A stretch of DNA of 64,000 nucleotides, taken from the NCBI RefSeq assembly GCF_006345805.1, contig NW_021836000.1, positions 124,001-188,000 of the forward strand, written 5' to 3'. The notes under the pieces were generated by a model that was given only the letters and a program-made list of their open reading frames with translations, did not search any database and was not told where the DNA came from. The number at the start of each line of letters is the position of its first letter. The first letter of the stretch is position 1. This document shows, one piece after another, positions 63,533-64,000 of this stretch. The position numbers and the translations under genes are program-made. The stretch is from Octopus sinensis (taxonomy: Eukaryota).

Positions 63533-64000
63533 AGTTAGAGTCTTAAAATATGTTAATTGACATACAAATATATTAATTTTTTTAGTTTAGGCAAAAGTGA
63601 TAAAAGATTAATCGAAGGGAGGGCCAGCAGCCTGGCGGATCGCCAAACTGTTCCCCCGGATAACGGCGATCGAAAACCGCTGAAAAAGCCAGTCCATTGA
63701 CAGCCATTGACATAATATTTCTGAATTAACAGTATTAAAAACGTTAATGGAAATTGGTCCCTTCACAGTTCTTATCGACTCATCATCTATTAGTTTTCAA
63801 TTGTATCGTGAAGGTTATTAACATTTCTACAGGTCAATAGGTGTCCATGGTAATGCCCATTGTGGCACAGAATTAAATTATGTAGTTACTCTTGTCGGAT
63901 ATGGGGTAGAAAAAGGCAACGAATATTGGCCCATTAAAAACAGATGCCGGATTTAAACATAAAAACAGTTAGGGTCGACGCTGGTGAATAGCCGGCTTTG
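63533..64000 (+). pseudogene. Duplicate of the 3' half of the cathepsin L-like pseudogene
   Basis: Near-identical to 35153-35620, including the CRE insertion; this copy has YWPIKN. Confidence 0.85.

Overview
AT-rich eukaryotic (metazoan-type) genomic DNA with very small spliceosomal introns (mostly about 23-35 nt). This suggests a compact-genome animal parasite such as a dicyemid mesozoan (inference only). Host genes reconstructed by manual splicing are a secreted GH18 chitinase, NudC, a centrin-like EF-hand protein, a SCAF4/8-like CID-RRM protein, TRAP-alpha (SSR1) and RFC5. There are also DNAH7-like and cathepsin L-like pseudogene fragments. The rest is densely nested transposon debris: hAT, Tc1, pogo/Tigger, Ginger-like, CRE-like and other RLE-type retrotransposons, and RTE- and I/Jockey-like LINEs. 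Main findings: (1) a rhabdovirus-like nucleoprotein fragment sits inside a Tc1 element, in two copies that differ by an excess of synonymous changes; (2) a 10.4-kb TIR/TA-bounded Tigger composite carries a second virus-like ORF, an intact chitinase gene and a dynein fragment, assembled by repeated insertion at one 12-bp site; (3) host genes show an A/C-rich to G/T-rich strand-skew flip in their middle; (4) a hAT transposase contains host-type micro-introns. Scattered 1-bp indels in otherwise conserved genes suggest some assembly error, so frameshifts should be treated with caution. All homology calls come from motif recognition by eye, without database searches.
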